The notes beneath the pieces are model-generated. The model was not told the origin of the DNA. It worked only from the letters and a program-made list of their open reading frames with translations, and did not search any database. This document shows, piece by piece, positions 8,593 to 18,496 of a stretch of 64,000 bases of DNA. Position 1 is the first letter of the stretch; each line of letters opens with the position of its first letter. Both the position numbers and the translations under genes were made by a program. The stretch covers positions 233,624 to 297,623 of the IMG/VR virus record IMGVR_UViG_3300027771_001853, one strand, 5' to 3'.

Positions 8593-10443
8593 CTAATCTT
8601 TTAGTAAATCTTCTAGGTTCTTACTAACATCCTCTAATTCCTTAACACCCTTATTAAGTTTTATTACTCCGTTGTTTGTTCTATCCTCAAGAATTAGTGG
8701 TAAGTCCGAATCTCTGGCAAACATTTCTATCTCTAAGTCTGCACCCATATCAGCTCCTCCAGCTCCACCTTCTTCAGCTGGTGGTTCTTCTGGGGCATCA
8801 CCTCCTAGGTCACCCCCTGAAGGTGGTGGTACGTCACCAAATCCTCCAGTGTCTTCACCTTCTTCTGTACCTGATTCTGCACCTCCTGCGTCTTCTTTTG
8901 GTGTTCCGTATAAAGCATCAATTTTATCAAAAATACCAGTACTTGTTATAACTTCACCAGTTTTACCCAATTCTTCACCAACAGCTTTCTCTATTCTTTG
9001 TTGTTGTAAATCTAACTTAACTTCTTCATCACTCATACCCAACACATTCTTTTTAGCCCATGTTGATGACGTTGCTTGAATCCCATTTCCTGGGTCGGTA
9101 ACACAGTCTCTATATAACGTAACTTTTTCTTTCCAAAGTTCAATTTTTAGTAAGTCCGATTGTGTGGATGGGTTAGTTAACCCTAATGTAAAATTATCTA
9201 ACTCGTCTTCAAAACCTAATATATACAAATGTATTATTGCTATTTTATTTAGTTCTTGTATAATAGCTTTTTGGACGTGGTTTATCGTTCTTGCAAATCT
9301 AATGTCTTGTAATGATAAATTTTTACCCTCACCTACTACGTCTTCAAAACCTAAAAAAGCTTTAGGTACACGTAATGCAGCTAATAATTTTTTCTGTATG
9401 TACTCAATATCCGCAATCTCACTTAAATTCTGTGCACCGGGTAAAGTTTCTATTGGCATAGGTGCTGCCGGGTCACGAACTGGGATAAAGTAATCTTGGT
9501 CCACAGCTAATTGATTGTACCTTAAATCCACATTACCATTTTGTGGGTCAACAACTTGGTCTCTTTTAAATTTATTAGCGATTCTTTGTACATAAGCCTC
9601 AACATCTTTATCATCCATATTCCCAACATAGACCTTAAATACCCTTCTTTCTGGTGCTCTAGAAGTCCTATAAATCAACATGGCATCTTCAGCTAACAAT
9701 AATTGTTTCCATATTCTTCTAGACTTATCTAGTACCGAGGTGCCATATGGTAATCTTCTATCGTCACCCAATAACCTAAAATGAGCTACTTCCCAATTTT
9801 TAAAAACCATATCCTTATCTTTCCAACCAAACTCTATCTTCCTATCTTCAGTGTCACCGTCAAATGCTCCAGCACCATAAGCGTCTGGTTTATTTTCAAT
9901 TCTTTCAATTTCTATGTTTGGTAGTTGGTTTACACCTAAAACCCCCTTTTTAGGGTCCACTTTAAGATACACAAAATTATCACCGTATTTACAAGTATTT
10001 CTAATCCACATAGGTAAATTAGTTTCCACATCTATCACATTATTGAATAGGTCTGCTAAGATACTTTTTATTCTTTTTGATTCGGAGTATATGTTCAACA
10101 TAAACCCTTGTTCTGACATTGTTGTTGCTTCGTCAGCCATAATATCTAAAGCTGCTGAAATTTCCGGAGTAAACTCCATGGATTCATAGTCATAATAAGA
10201 AGCTAACCTTGTAGGTTCATAGTAGACCGCTTGTTGGTATAGTTGGTTTTCTACCTTACTCCATTGATTATTTATATAAGATGATTGTTGTTGTTGTAGT
10301 TTTTCTTTTTCGTACTCAGCTTTGTCGGTTGTTCTTAAAAGCACTTCCTTATCAAAATCGTATGATGGTTTTGGGGCTCTTGGGCCATTTGGTCCAAACA
10401 GGGAAGCTAGTCTCTGATATAATGTTAAGTTTTTTTCTGCCAT
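8593..10443 (-). CDS. gp20: portal protein (gp20-like)
   Basis: PEISAALDIMADE, EDAMLIYRTSRAPERRVFKVYVGN, DYFIPVR, IETLPGAQNLSEIADIEY, ALRVPKAFL. Confidence 0.95.
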   Translation of the reverse strand: MAEKNLTLYQRLASLFGPNGPRAPKPSYDFDKEVLLRTTDKAEYEKEKLQQQQSSYINNQWSKVENQLYQQAVYYEPTRLASYYDYESMEFTPEISAALDIMADEATTMSEQGFMLNIYSESKRIKSILADLFNNVIDVETNLPMWIRNTCKYGDNFVYLKVDPKKGVLGVNQLPNIEIERIENKPDAYGAGAFDGDTEDRKIEFGWKDKDMVFKNWEVAHFRLLGDDRRLPYGTSVLDKSRRIWKQLLLAEDAMLIYRTSRAPERRVFKVYVGNMDDKDVEAYVQRIANKFKRDQVVDPQNGNVDLRYNQLAVDQDYFIPVRDPAAPMPIETLPGAQNLSEIADIEYIQKKLLAALRVPKAFLGFEDVVGEGKNLSLQDIRFARTINHVQKAIIQELNKIAIIHLYILGFEDELDNFTLGLTNPSTQSDLLKIELWKEKVTLYRDCVTDPGNGIQATSSTWAKKNVLGMSDEEVKLDLQQQRIEKAVGEELGKTGEVITSTGIFDKIDALYGTPKEDAGGAESGTEEGEDTGGFGDVPPPSGGDLGGDAPEEPPAEEGGAGGADMGADLEIEMFARDSDLPLILEDRTNNGVIKLNKGVKELEDVSKNLEDLLKD

Positions 10444-10482
10444 AATTTTAAATTTACGATAATAATATCGGTTGTCAATTAT

Positions 10483-10728
10483 CTAGACCACATAATCACA
10501 AATAACATAGTCTTCTAATACATATGTTACTTCACACTCGACCTCAACGAAGGGTACTTGTGGTATAGATGATTGTACGTTTCTTTTGTTTAAATCGGGT
10601 GGGAAATATATCCATTCATAAACAGCCTGGTCTAGTGCTTGTCTTAAATTCTTTTTAATGCAACGACCAAAACTATTTCTAGTTAAACCTCTACCACATT
10701 TATTACCACCTACTTTTCTTACACCCAT
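10483..10728 (-). CDS. small hypothetical protein between terminase and portal
   Basis: 81-aa ORF, basic N-half and acidic C-half, co-directional. Confidence 0.55.
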   Translation of the reverse strand: MGVRKVGGNKCGRGLTRNSFGRCIKKNLRQALDQAVYEWIYFPPDLNKRNVQSSIPQVPFVEVECEVTYVLEDYVICDYVV

Positions 10729-10735
10729 ATTATTA

Positions 10736-12469
10736 TTATTTTAGTCCTCCGAATAACCATAAATATTCTTTAGGGTTGTTTGGGTCCATATTGACAGGTC
10801 TCCCTGAAACTGTATGTGGACTCCATACCGGTTTATTACCTCTGGTTGGTTCTTCTCTTGCTACATCGGTGGTAACCCAACTATCTAACATTGCTTTAGC
10901 CTGGTTTGTGTTCCTTTCTAGTTCAGCGAAAGAATTTTGGGCTACGTATAATGCCATAGCAATTGCCATAATTAAGTCATCGTGGTGTCCTTTCATATGG
11001 TCTGGACGACCATTTAAATAAACAAATGTTTTAAACTCATTAATTAACCTATGTGACCTAACAATAAAACCTGTCCTTAATTGTTCTTCTAGAGCTTGTA
11101 TTATTTGTGCTCTTTTACTGTTAAAGTTAATCCCGGGACATTTATCCTCTTGGTTTGGGTTGAACTTCCAAATGTCGTTAGATTTTACATTATCATAATA
11201 TAAATTTTTGTATCCTAGTTCTATTAATTTTCTAGACGTTGACACTCCCATACCACCGGTAATGTCTACCACAATAAAACACTTATATTTTATAGCCCAT
11301 TTATTTGCTAATTCAGCCGCTATATCTGGTGGGATTTTCCCTAAGTATTCTAATACTTGTTCCCTATCATCAAAATCTATAATAGTAAAAGATGTAAAAT
11401 CGTCACTATCCCCTCTGGAAACATCAATCCCCATAATGTAACGATGACCTTCTTTTGGTGGTTTCCAAACCCATAGAGTATTACCTACCCATATCTCTAG
11501 TGGGTCACACACGTCTTTCATTAAGTCAGCTATAGTGTCTGAAGGTATAACATTATCACCCGAACCTAAAAATGCACATTCTAGTTCTTGTGATATTTTT
11601 CTTCTGTCAAACTTTAATTTTTTACACATTTTTTCAAACCAATCAGTAAATGGTTTGTAACCTAACTGTAATAATTCATCAGCCCTATCTAACGAGTTTT
11701 CTAATATTTCTTCATCTTTATACTCATCTCTATTTAATAGGAAATGTGTAATATCTTTAGTTTTTACCCACCTTAATCCTTTATTAAATCTAGGGTCACG
11801 AAACCACGTTAAACTACTAATTTTAAATTGGTTTAGTCCTCTAATGGATTGGTCATATATCTCATAATAAATCCTGTCGAATCCGTTCGGTGTGGATATC
11901 ACCACAACCTTACCCCCTGTAGCTAAAGATGCCATACACGCTGCCCATAAATCATCACCGGACTCTATGTAAGCCGCCTCATCAAATATTAACATAGTGG
12001 GCGTGTAACCCCTCAACGCATCCACAGATGTTGCTACAGCTTTTACTTCTGAATCATTATTTAATTTATAATGTTTTTGAGTGTCTTTGTCTTTAGAAAA
12101 CCCAACATTTATCCAATCGGGCCACTGACGTAAAAATCCTTTTATTTTACTAGCCATCTCTACTGCCGTATCTAATTTATTAGCTAATATAAGTATTTTT
12201 TCTGGTTTTTCTTTTGATGCGAATTGTAGTGTTTTAGATATCCAAGCTGATGTAGCGGTAGACACTCCTGCCTGACGATACTTTAAAACTATATTATCAT
12301 TATAGTTTTCATAGTCATGAATCATCTCTACTTGTTCGGGAAATAATTTAAATGGGACGTACTTACTCTGAGTATTATCATAAGTTTCCAAATATGTTCT
12401 TAGAGCATAATCGGTGTCTTTATAACACTTAGCGTATTCTTTTATATATTCTTGTCTATTCATAGCCAT
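10736..12469 (-). CDS. terL: large terminase subunit (gp17-like)
   Basis: LKYRQAGVST Walker A region, LIFDEAAYI Walker B, ISTPNG, MGIDVSRG and HDDLIMA nuclease motifs; no intein evident. Confidence 0.95.
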   Translation of the reverse strand: MAMNRQEYIKEYAKCYKDTDYALRTYLETYDNTQSKYVPFKLFPEQVEMIHDYENYNDNIVLKYRQAGVSTATSAWISKTLQFASKEKPEKILILANKLDTAVEMASKIKGFLRQWPDWINVGFSKDKDTQKHYKLNNDSEVKAVATSVDALRGYTPTMLIFDEAAYIESGDDLWAACMASLATGGKVVVISTPNGFDRIYYEIYDQSIRGLNQFKISSLTWFRDPRFNKGLRWVKTKDITHFLLNRDEYKDEEILENSLDRADELLQLGYKPFTDWFEKMCKKLKFDRRKISQELECAFLGSGDNVIPSDTIADLMKDVCDPLEIWVGNTLWVWKPPKEGHRYIMGIDVSRGDSDDFTSFTIIDFDDREQVLEYLGKIPPDIAAELANKWAIKYKCFIVVDITGGMGVSTSRKLIELGYKNLYYDNVKSNDIWKFNPNQEDKCPGINFNSKRAQIIQALEEQLRTGFIVRSHRLINEFKTFVYLNGRPDHMKGHHDDLIMAIAMALYVAQNSFAELERNTNQAKAMLDSWVTTDVAREEPTRGNKPVWSPHTVSGRPVNMDPNNPKEYLWLFGGLK

Positions 12470-12509
12470 ATATAATAAATATCGACAAAATTATTCTAAG
12501 AGTACAATT

Positions 12510-14816
12510 CTATTGGCTCTGTAAGAAATTTAATTCATCTGGTGATAATGAGCCCATACCTTGATTAAATATTTTATCAAGAATGACATTCATGTCTAGG
12601 TCAGATGGTATATCCCCACTTGGTTTAGTTTGTTTTGGTTTTGCTTGTGGTCTTGGTGTTGGTGGTGTTGGTTCTTCTTGACTTACACTTTCATCATAGT
12701 CATCTTCTTGTAAATCTTTAATTATAGATTTTACAATCTTTTGAAGTTCCATTTTACCTTCATCACTCCCCGATAAAATTTGTTTTGCTAAATCAAAAAA
12801 CTCTTCTGGTTCCATCCTTGTGAATTCACTAAAAAGATAATTTTGTATCTCTGTCTTATCTTCATCCATAAGTTCTTCTGGGTAAGCTGCTCTAAATTTT
12901 GACCAAATTACTGGACCTAATCTTAAGTCCCATATTTCTGCTGGTAGGGTATCAGTTGCCTTCATAACCATTTCGGCCTTTTTAGGGTCACTAGGAAGTC
13001 CTTGTGAAGCTAATAATTCCATCACACCTTTTATTAATTCATGTACTAATACTGGGAATGTTATCCCTACTGCTCTTATTGTCGGTGGGTCTGTTTCTAT
13101 ATCTATCTCTTCTTTTCCAGCTGCAGATTCTTCACCTTGTCCCATCATTTGTGCTGTCTCGTCCGACATAATCCAATATACCAAATCATTAACTGACATC
13201 ATAACACCATATAGGTCTAATAACTCTGGGTTTATAGCGTTTATCTTTTCTGGTATCATGTGGTATAGGTAGTGACCTTTCTTAGCTGAACCTTGTATTA
13301 AAGAATTTATAAATCTTCTCTTTTCTTTTTCAGCGTCAAACATCTCAAATGTACCAAATAATTCTTCTTCACTACTCATCTCTTCTTCTGATGGTTCCTC
13401 CTCTTCTCCTTTTTGCATTCCTGACATATCCACTTCACCCATACCAACAATCTTAGCGTCAAATTGTACAGCGTCATCAGGTAGTGACATATATTCTTTT
13501 ACCAATTCTACAGCTAAAGTCTCCAATTGTTCTTTATTTTGTGATTCTATCTGTAATATTTTCATAGTGGAACTTCGTAACATCATCTGTAGTTGCATAA
13601 ACTCGTTTTGAGTTACTTGACCCAAACCAGTATATTTTTTAACATTATCCACAACCTCTTTAAATCTTTCAGAAGCTACTAACTCTTCAAAATTATCTGG
13701 AATACCATCAGCGTCTACATCTGGAAAAGCTGGATTATCCCCTAAAGGGAAATCTTGTGAACCTATTTTTTGTTCAATATCCGATGCCATCCTTTCTGGG
13801 TTATCACCATAATCAATTGGTGGTGCTTCCAATAACTGGGATTTAGTGTATTCTGGTAAAGCTTTAGGTTTTGGTTTAACCCCTGGATGTGGTTTATATG
13901 GTGTACCCCTTCTTTTAGGTGGGGATTTTGTCCCAGGTTTAGTTGGTGCTATAGTTGGTGATTCTGTCTCACTGGGAGCTTCCTGACCACCCGAGAATAT
14001 AGATTCAAAATCTAACCAATCAGGTAAACCAGTTTCTTTTTCTGTTTGTACGTCCTCTACACCAACAACTTCTGTCTCATTAATTGTTCTTATTAATTCA
14101 GATTTTGTCATAGCAGGTCTAGAATTTTTTTGTACAATTTCTTTTATCCAAGTCTCTACTAACTTAGGGTTAGTATTTTTTATATTTTCATCTTGTTCTA
14201 CTTTTTCAGGTAGAGTCCCAAAATCTTCCGTATCATCAGAAAATTCTTTAGCGTATTTTTTCCATTTTTTACCTTCTTTACCTTTTTCATTCGCTTTAGC
14301 GTAAAAATATCTTGCTTGTGCTTTTGATGCGAATTTTTCTATTAGGTGTTGTTTTGTCACCCCTTCAAACATACCCATACCGTCATCGTCATCTTTTGGG
14401 TTCCCAAACCCATCGTCAGTGTCTGGACCTACCTGGTGTGGGTCTTGTGTTACCTCACCTTTTCCTGGGTGTATAGTGTCTTCATCGTACCCCTCATCTA
14501 AGTCGTTCTCATCTATAACATCTTTTTCACCGTTAACGTCTTTCTTTAATTTTTTACCGTCTACTGAAGCATCTGGAAAATCTTCATTTACCTCTAACTC
14601 TTGTTCTTTTTTTGATATGTCACCGTATGCTTTTGATAGGTCTGCGTAATCTTTCGCTATATCAGCTGAGGTCTTATCCTCTTCTTTAACCACCATACTA
14701 TGTAACATATTCATGCCACTTTCATTAAGTTTACTTAAAAAAGGTATAGACATACCCTTACTAAGTAATTTTTTAATTTTTATTCTATTTTGTTTTGTGT
14801 TCGAGATTTTTGGCAT
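12510..14816 (-). CDS. large acidic hypothetical protein, probable virion/prohead component
   Basis: 768 aa; FASKAQARYFYAKA motif, FPVLVHELIKG, C-terminal ILDKIxxxGxxSLSxDExxFL. Confidence 0.7.
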   Translation of the reverse strand: MPKISNTKQNRIKIKKLLSKGMSIPFLSKLNESGMNMLHSMVVKEEDKTSADIAKDYADLSKAYGDISKKEQELEVNEDFPDASVDGKKLKKDVNGEKDVIDENDLDEGYDEDTIHPGKGEVTQDPHQVGPDTDDGFGNPKDDDDGMGMFEGVTKQHLIEKFASKAQARYFYAKANEKGKEGKKWKKYAKEFSDDTEDFGTLPEKVEQDENIKNTNPKLVETWIKEIVQKNSRPAMTKSELIRTINETEVVGVEDVQTEKETGLPDWLDFESIFSGGQEAPSETESPTIAPTKPGTKSPPKRRGTPYKPHPGVKPKPKALPEYTKSQLLEAPPIDYGDNPERMASDIEQKIGSQDFPLGDNPAFPDVDADGIPDNFEELVASERFKEVVDNVKKYTGLGQVTQNEFMQLQMMLRSSTMKILQIESQNKEQLETLAVELVKEYMSLPDDAVQFDAKIVGMGEVDMSGMQKGEEEEPSEEEMSSEEELFGTFEMFDAEKEKRRFINSLIQGSAKKGHYLYHMIPEKINAINPELLDLYGVMMSVNDLVYWIMSDETAQMMGQGEESAAGKEEIDIETDPPTIRAVGITFPVLVHELIKGVMELLASQGLPSDPKKAEMVMKATDTLPAEIWDLRLGPVIWSKFRAAYPEELMDEDKTEIQNYLFSEFTRMEPEEFFDLAKQILSGSDEGKMELQKIVKSIIKDLQEDDYDESVSQEEPTPPTPRPQAKPKQTKPSGDIPSDLDMNVILDKIFNQGMGSLSPDELNFLQSQ

Positions 14817-15189
14817 AATTTAAAATTAAATCTTTTGTATATAGTTTATCTTCAACCGACTTCAAGTCTTCCCCGAAGGAAAATACAGCTCTTGAGTCTG
14901 TAATATTTTCATCATCGTATATCTCCCAACATAGAGAGATAACGTTATCTACAGCGTCACACATACCAAAATAATCCGAGTTTTGGATTAATTCAAATTG
15001 TATATCACTATCATACAGTGTACCTACTTTTGTAATAACTTCTAATTGTGGGGGTGTCGGACTACCTTGTGCTGGTGTTTTGTCCCAATCTTCTCCCCAA
15101 ATATCAGCTACATCATCTGAGAAGATAAATTCGTACACATTTTGCCCTTTGTAGTTGGGTCCTAGTTCATTTACATAGACAAGGAACAT
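14785..15189 (-). CDS. hypothetical protein
   Basis: 134-aa ORF in the minus-strand late operon. Confidence 0.7.
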   Translation of the reverse strand: MFLVYVNELGPNYKGQNVYEFIFSDDVADIWGEDWDKTPAQGSPTPPQLEVITKVGTLYDSDIQFELIQNSDYFGMCDAVDNVISLCWEIYDDENITDSRAVFSFGEDLKSVEDKLYTKDLILNYAKNLEHKTK

Positions 15190-15203
15190 GATTGATTAAT
15201 TTA

Positions 15204-16553
15204 TTAAGATTTTAAACCTTTTCTACTAATCTCTGTAACCTTACCATTACTGTTAAACACTAAAGAACCTTTAGTATTTTTACCAACTACTTCAATGTTG
15301 TCATTTTCAGTTAAGAATTTTCTACTAGCTGATTCTTGTTCAATAGTTTCGGTATGTTCCAAGATAGAAGTTATCTTTCTTGCTTTGGTTAACTTAGAGT
15401 CTAAAAAGTTGTTTCTTTTTTGTTTATTATTTGCTTTTTCTTCTTTACTAACTTTAAAGTAATTGTTAATCACACTACTTACTTTATCGTAACCTTCAGC
15501 AAGTTCTTCCCCGTCTGTTGGTTGGAATATGTTAGCTAATTCATCATCACTGAAATCCATTTTAGTTCCTGATTTTTTAAAACTTCTTAGTGTTTTTTCT
15601 AAAGCTTTTTCTCCGGCCCAACCACCTATTGCTGCTCCTGCTGCACCCATCATAGCTGGGATGTTTTCGTCTAAATCCAAATCACCACCATCGTCTCCCA
15701 TATCAAAATCCATTTCCATTTCTTCGTCGTCTCCCATATCAAATTCTTCTTCACCACTAGACTCCATATCACCCATGTCATCTAAATCATCATATTCAGA
15801 ATCAGTCTCTTCAAATTTTTCTACAATCTCTTCTCTATCTTCAGAATCTAGATTATCTAAATTAACAGCGGAAATAACCGAATTTAACACATATTTTATC
15901 GTTTCAGAATCTAATGCACCTTGACCATCAGCTTTACGTAATTTTTGACCCAATTTACCAGTTAGTTTTTGGATACTTTTAACAGCGTCTTCTTCTTCAG
16001 CACCATCACCACCTTCAACATCAATGTCCATATCCATTTCCATTTCTTCATCATCACCTTCATCACCACCTTCAACATCCATATCCATATCCATCTCTTC
16101 ACCTTCAATACCCATATCGTCACTACCCATATCCATATCGAAATCCATATCTTCTTCTACTTCAGGTTCTGGTGTTGGTAAGTCTATTTTTAGTACTTTT
16201 TTTTGTTCCTCTATAACCCCGTAATTGTTAGCCTCATTAATCGACTTCATTTTGAAGTTTAGTCTTTTTAATGCTGTAGAATAAGAAGTAAAAGTTTCGT
16301 TTCTATTTGCTGACCCTAATTGCCCATCAATATGTGAAAGGTTATTTTCGTCTTTACCAGATTTTATGAAATACTGTTTATTCTCTTTTATTATAGCATA
16401 AACATTACCATCCTGCCCTTTAACACTATAATGGGTATTAGAATAATTTGTTACGTTACTAGGTTTACTACTAATTCCCGCTATTTGTTTTATTCTTTCT
16501 ATTTTTTCTTGTAATGGTAGTTTTTCACTCCCCACTGGTTTTAATGCACTCAT
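15204..16553 (-). CDS. acidic low-complexity protein, scaffold-like
   Basis: 449 aa with (D/E/M/G)-rich tracts like the 4997..6478 scaffold; LQEKIERIKQIAG N-terminus. Confidence 0.65.
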   Translation of the reverse strand: MSALKPVGSEKLPLQEKIERIKQIAGISSKPSNVTNYSNTHYSVKGQDGNVYAIIKENKQYFIKSGKDENNLSHIDGQLGSANRNETFTSYSTALKRLNFKMKSINEANNYGVIEEQKKVLKIDLPTPEPEVEEDMDFDMDMGSDDMGIEGEEMDMDMDVEGGDEGDDEEMEMDMDIDVEGGDGAEEEDAVKSIQKLTGKLGQKLRKADGQGALDSETIKYVLNSVISAVNLDNLDSEDREEIVEKFEETDSEYDDLDDMGDMESSGEEEFDMGDDEEMEMDFDMGDDGGDLDLDENIPAMMGAAGAAIGGWAGEKALEKTLRSFKKSGTKMDFSDDELANIFQPTDGEELAEGYDKVSSVINNYFKVSKEEKANNKQKRNNFLDSKLTKARKITSILEHTETIEQESASRKFLTENDNIEVVGKNTKGSLVFNSNGKVTEISRKGLKS

Positions 16554-16577
16554 TTTTAATATTTTTATTTTTTTTAT

Positions 16578-17006
16578 TTAACTAAATTGTCCTGGTCCCC
16601 CTAGACTACTACCACCTAACGTATTTGGGTAGAAAGTATATCCACTATAAATACCTGGGCCACCTAACTGTCCAGGTGGGTCTGTTGCTGTACTATTATC
16701 TGGGTTAAAAGGCCACATTTTTTCTCTCATGGTCTGTCTTTCATCCTCATAACAATCATGACAACTACATGTAAAACACGCATCAGTTAAAGTACCACCA
16801 ACATGAGTTACAATCATATCTAGTGTACTCCCTGCCGGTATCGCTACTACAGCACCATTAAGTACTAGATTAGCCACAGCACCTCTAGCGTATACTGAAG
16901 TACATGTTATCCCAGACAAACGCCCGGTAGGCATCTGCATAAACGGTTGTATGTCTGCACCGCAGTATAATTTGTCACTCGAGCTGTTATCGTATCCTAT
17001 TGCCAT
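16578..17006 (-). CDS. Gly/Cys/Thr-rich hypothetical protein
   Basis: 142-aa ORF with upstream TATTTATA motif at 17028-17035. Confidence 0.6.
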   Translation of the reverse strand: MAIGYDNSSSDKLYCGADIQPFMQMPTGRLSGITCTSVYARGAVANLVLNGAVVAIPAGSTLDMIVTHVGGTLTDACFTCSCHDCYEDERQTMREKMWPFNPDNSTATDPPGQLGGPGIYSGYTFYPNTLGGSSLGGPGQFS

Positions 17007-17056
17007 ATTGTAAGTCTATTTGTTTCTTATAAATACTTCGATTAAAAAGAAAAAAT

Positions 17057-17818
17057 TTATATAGTTAATATGTTATCTATAAGTTTATTCTTTAAATCAA
17101 TTAATTTTTTAATATACCCGTTTCTTCTTAGTACTTTGAAGACCAAATTCTCATAAGAATATTCACCACCAGACTCTAATCCACAGCTTCTGTATTTCTT
17201 TAATTTAGCTTTAATGTCTTCAATTTCTTTTAGGGTTTTTTCTGGTTTAAGATTCTTAGACCTTTCCACTAACCTGTCTATAGCGTCTACCCAGTTAGTT
17301 GCTTTCTCATCTAACTTTTTATCATCTATGGTTACGTGTTGGTAGGAGGGTTCAACTATCCATTTATTGTATAGTACCGAGTACACACCACTAGAATGGT
17401 GTACTTCTCTATAGTCTTGTGAGTATATTTCTACCTCATAACCGTCTATAGTAATATCGTGGGTACTATTCCATATGGTTTTTTTACTATTTAAGTAATT
17501 TCTGACAAGTTCACTATTTTCGTCTATTTCATTAAAATCTAAAATTATGTGTAGGTCAATGTCTGAAAATTTACTCCAATTAAAATTAGCTAAACTACCA
17601 GTCATAGTCACATCATACACATCACATTCTTGTGTGTCTATATCACAACTTAACTCTTCCATACCGGTATAGTCAAGAAATCTGTCAGAAACACTTAGTA
17701 GTGTGGACCTAACTTTAGGGTTCAAAGTGTATGTCCCGTCTTCCATTTCGTCCCATATTGATGGTGCTAAATGGTCCTTAGTTTTAAAGCTTTTTAGTAT
17801 CGATGATTTTACTCCCAT
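17057..17818 (-). CDS. Pol-beta superfamily nucleotidyltransferase
   Basis: TMTGSLANFNWSKFSDIDLHII = GS-x8-DxD motif, third acid in EVEIYSQD. Confidence 0.8.
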   Translation of the reverse strand: MGVKSSILKSFKTKDHLAPSIWDEMEDGTYTLNPKVRSTLLSVSDRFLDYTGMEELSCDIDTQECDVYDVTMTGSLANFNWSKFSDIDLHIILDFNEIDENSELVRNYLNSKKTIWNSTHDITIDGYEVEIYSQDYREVHHSSGVYSVLYNKWIVEPSYQHVTIDDKKLDEKATNWVDAIDRLVERSKNLKPEKTLKEIEDIKAKLKKYRSCGLESGGEYSYENLVFKVLRRNGYIKKLIDLKNKLIDNILTI

Positions 17819-17842
17819 AACTTATAAATATTTTATAAATAA

Positions 17843-17868
17843 AAAATGGTTGCAATTGCAACCATTTT
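17843..17868. repeat. perfect 26-bp palindrome
   Basis: AAAATGGTTGCAA-TTGCAACCATTTT, no spacer, flanked by A- and T-rich tracts. Confidence 0.9.
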
Positions 17869-18077
17869 GTTTGTTTTATTTTTAATTTGTTTACACAATA
17901 TCCCCTTCTGGGGGTTATCGATATGTTTTTTAACTATTAGTTTAGTTAATTTTTATACTCTTCCCAGTACTTAAAAGTATCTCTATCTTTTTTAGAACCG
18001 TGTATTACTGGTTTCCAAAATACAAATAAAGCTACAACTATTAATATAAATGCTATCATAATGTTTTTTTAAGTTAG

Positions 18078-18149
18078 AGCGGGTGGGTGGAACGAACCAC
18101 CGTCTACATACTGGAATGTATGTCGCTTTTATCGTTAAGCTACACCCGC
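18078..18149 (-). tRNA. tRNA-Gly-like RNA with atypical loops, no encoded CCA
   Basis: GCGGGTG/CACCCGC acceptor with U73; D stem GCTT/AAGC; anticodon arm ACATA-CATTCCAG-TATGT (8-nt loop containing TCC); T arm GGTGG-TTCGTT-CCACC (6-nt loop); host-type promoter TATATTTG at 18181-18188 (minus). Confidence 0.65.
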
Positions 18150-18216
18150 ATAAATTACTATTTACTGATTAATTCAGATACAAATATACGTAGAAAAAAT
18201 CTAATACACAAGTAAA

Positions 18217-18465
18217 TTACTTCTTAATTTCGTTATATCTATACTTTTTTGATATTTCTCTATTAAAGAACTTACCCTGACTTTCTGACATCCTAAACTT
18301 AGTAAATAAATTATGTGGTACATTATGGTATTGGTATTTTCTACCACCTTTAAATGTAACTAATAGTTCACTAGTCTTAGTATCATACTCTGTAGCGAAT
18401 ATATTACTTGACGCGTACTCATTTAAAATTCTGGTTCCTTTTATTTCTTCTTTCGTTGGTTTCAT
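18217..18465 (-). CDS. KTSC domain protein
   Basis: SSNIFATEYD..TSELLVTFKGGRKYQYHNVP..LF..F..SESQGKFFNREI. Confidence 0.88.
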   Translation of the reverse strand: MKPTKEEIKGTRILNEYASSNIFATEYDTKTSELLVTFKGGRKYQYHNVPHNLFTKFRMSESQGKFFNREISKKYRYNEIKK

Positions 18466-18496
18466 ATTTAATTTTTTAAATTCTTATATTTTATAA

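Noticed and set aside
10736-12469. Intein or intron in terminase (also checked ligase, dnaK, ppsA)
   Set aside because: Lengths are ordinary, motifs are contiguous, and no C/S...HN-C/S/T splice junctions or LAGLIDADG blocks are visible
15660-16170. Repetitive CATATCCAT/TCATC-type DNA suggesting a tandem array or CRISPR
   Set aside because: Simply encodes D/M/E/G low-complexity protein; no constant repeat with unique spacers. No CRISPR array was seen anywhere in the window
17902-17913. CCCC-TTCT-GGGG hairpin as a terminator
   Set aside because: Only a 4-bp stem without a clear U-tract; too weak to call
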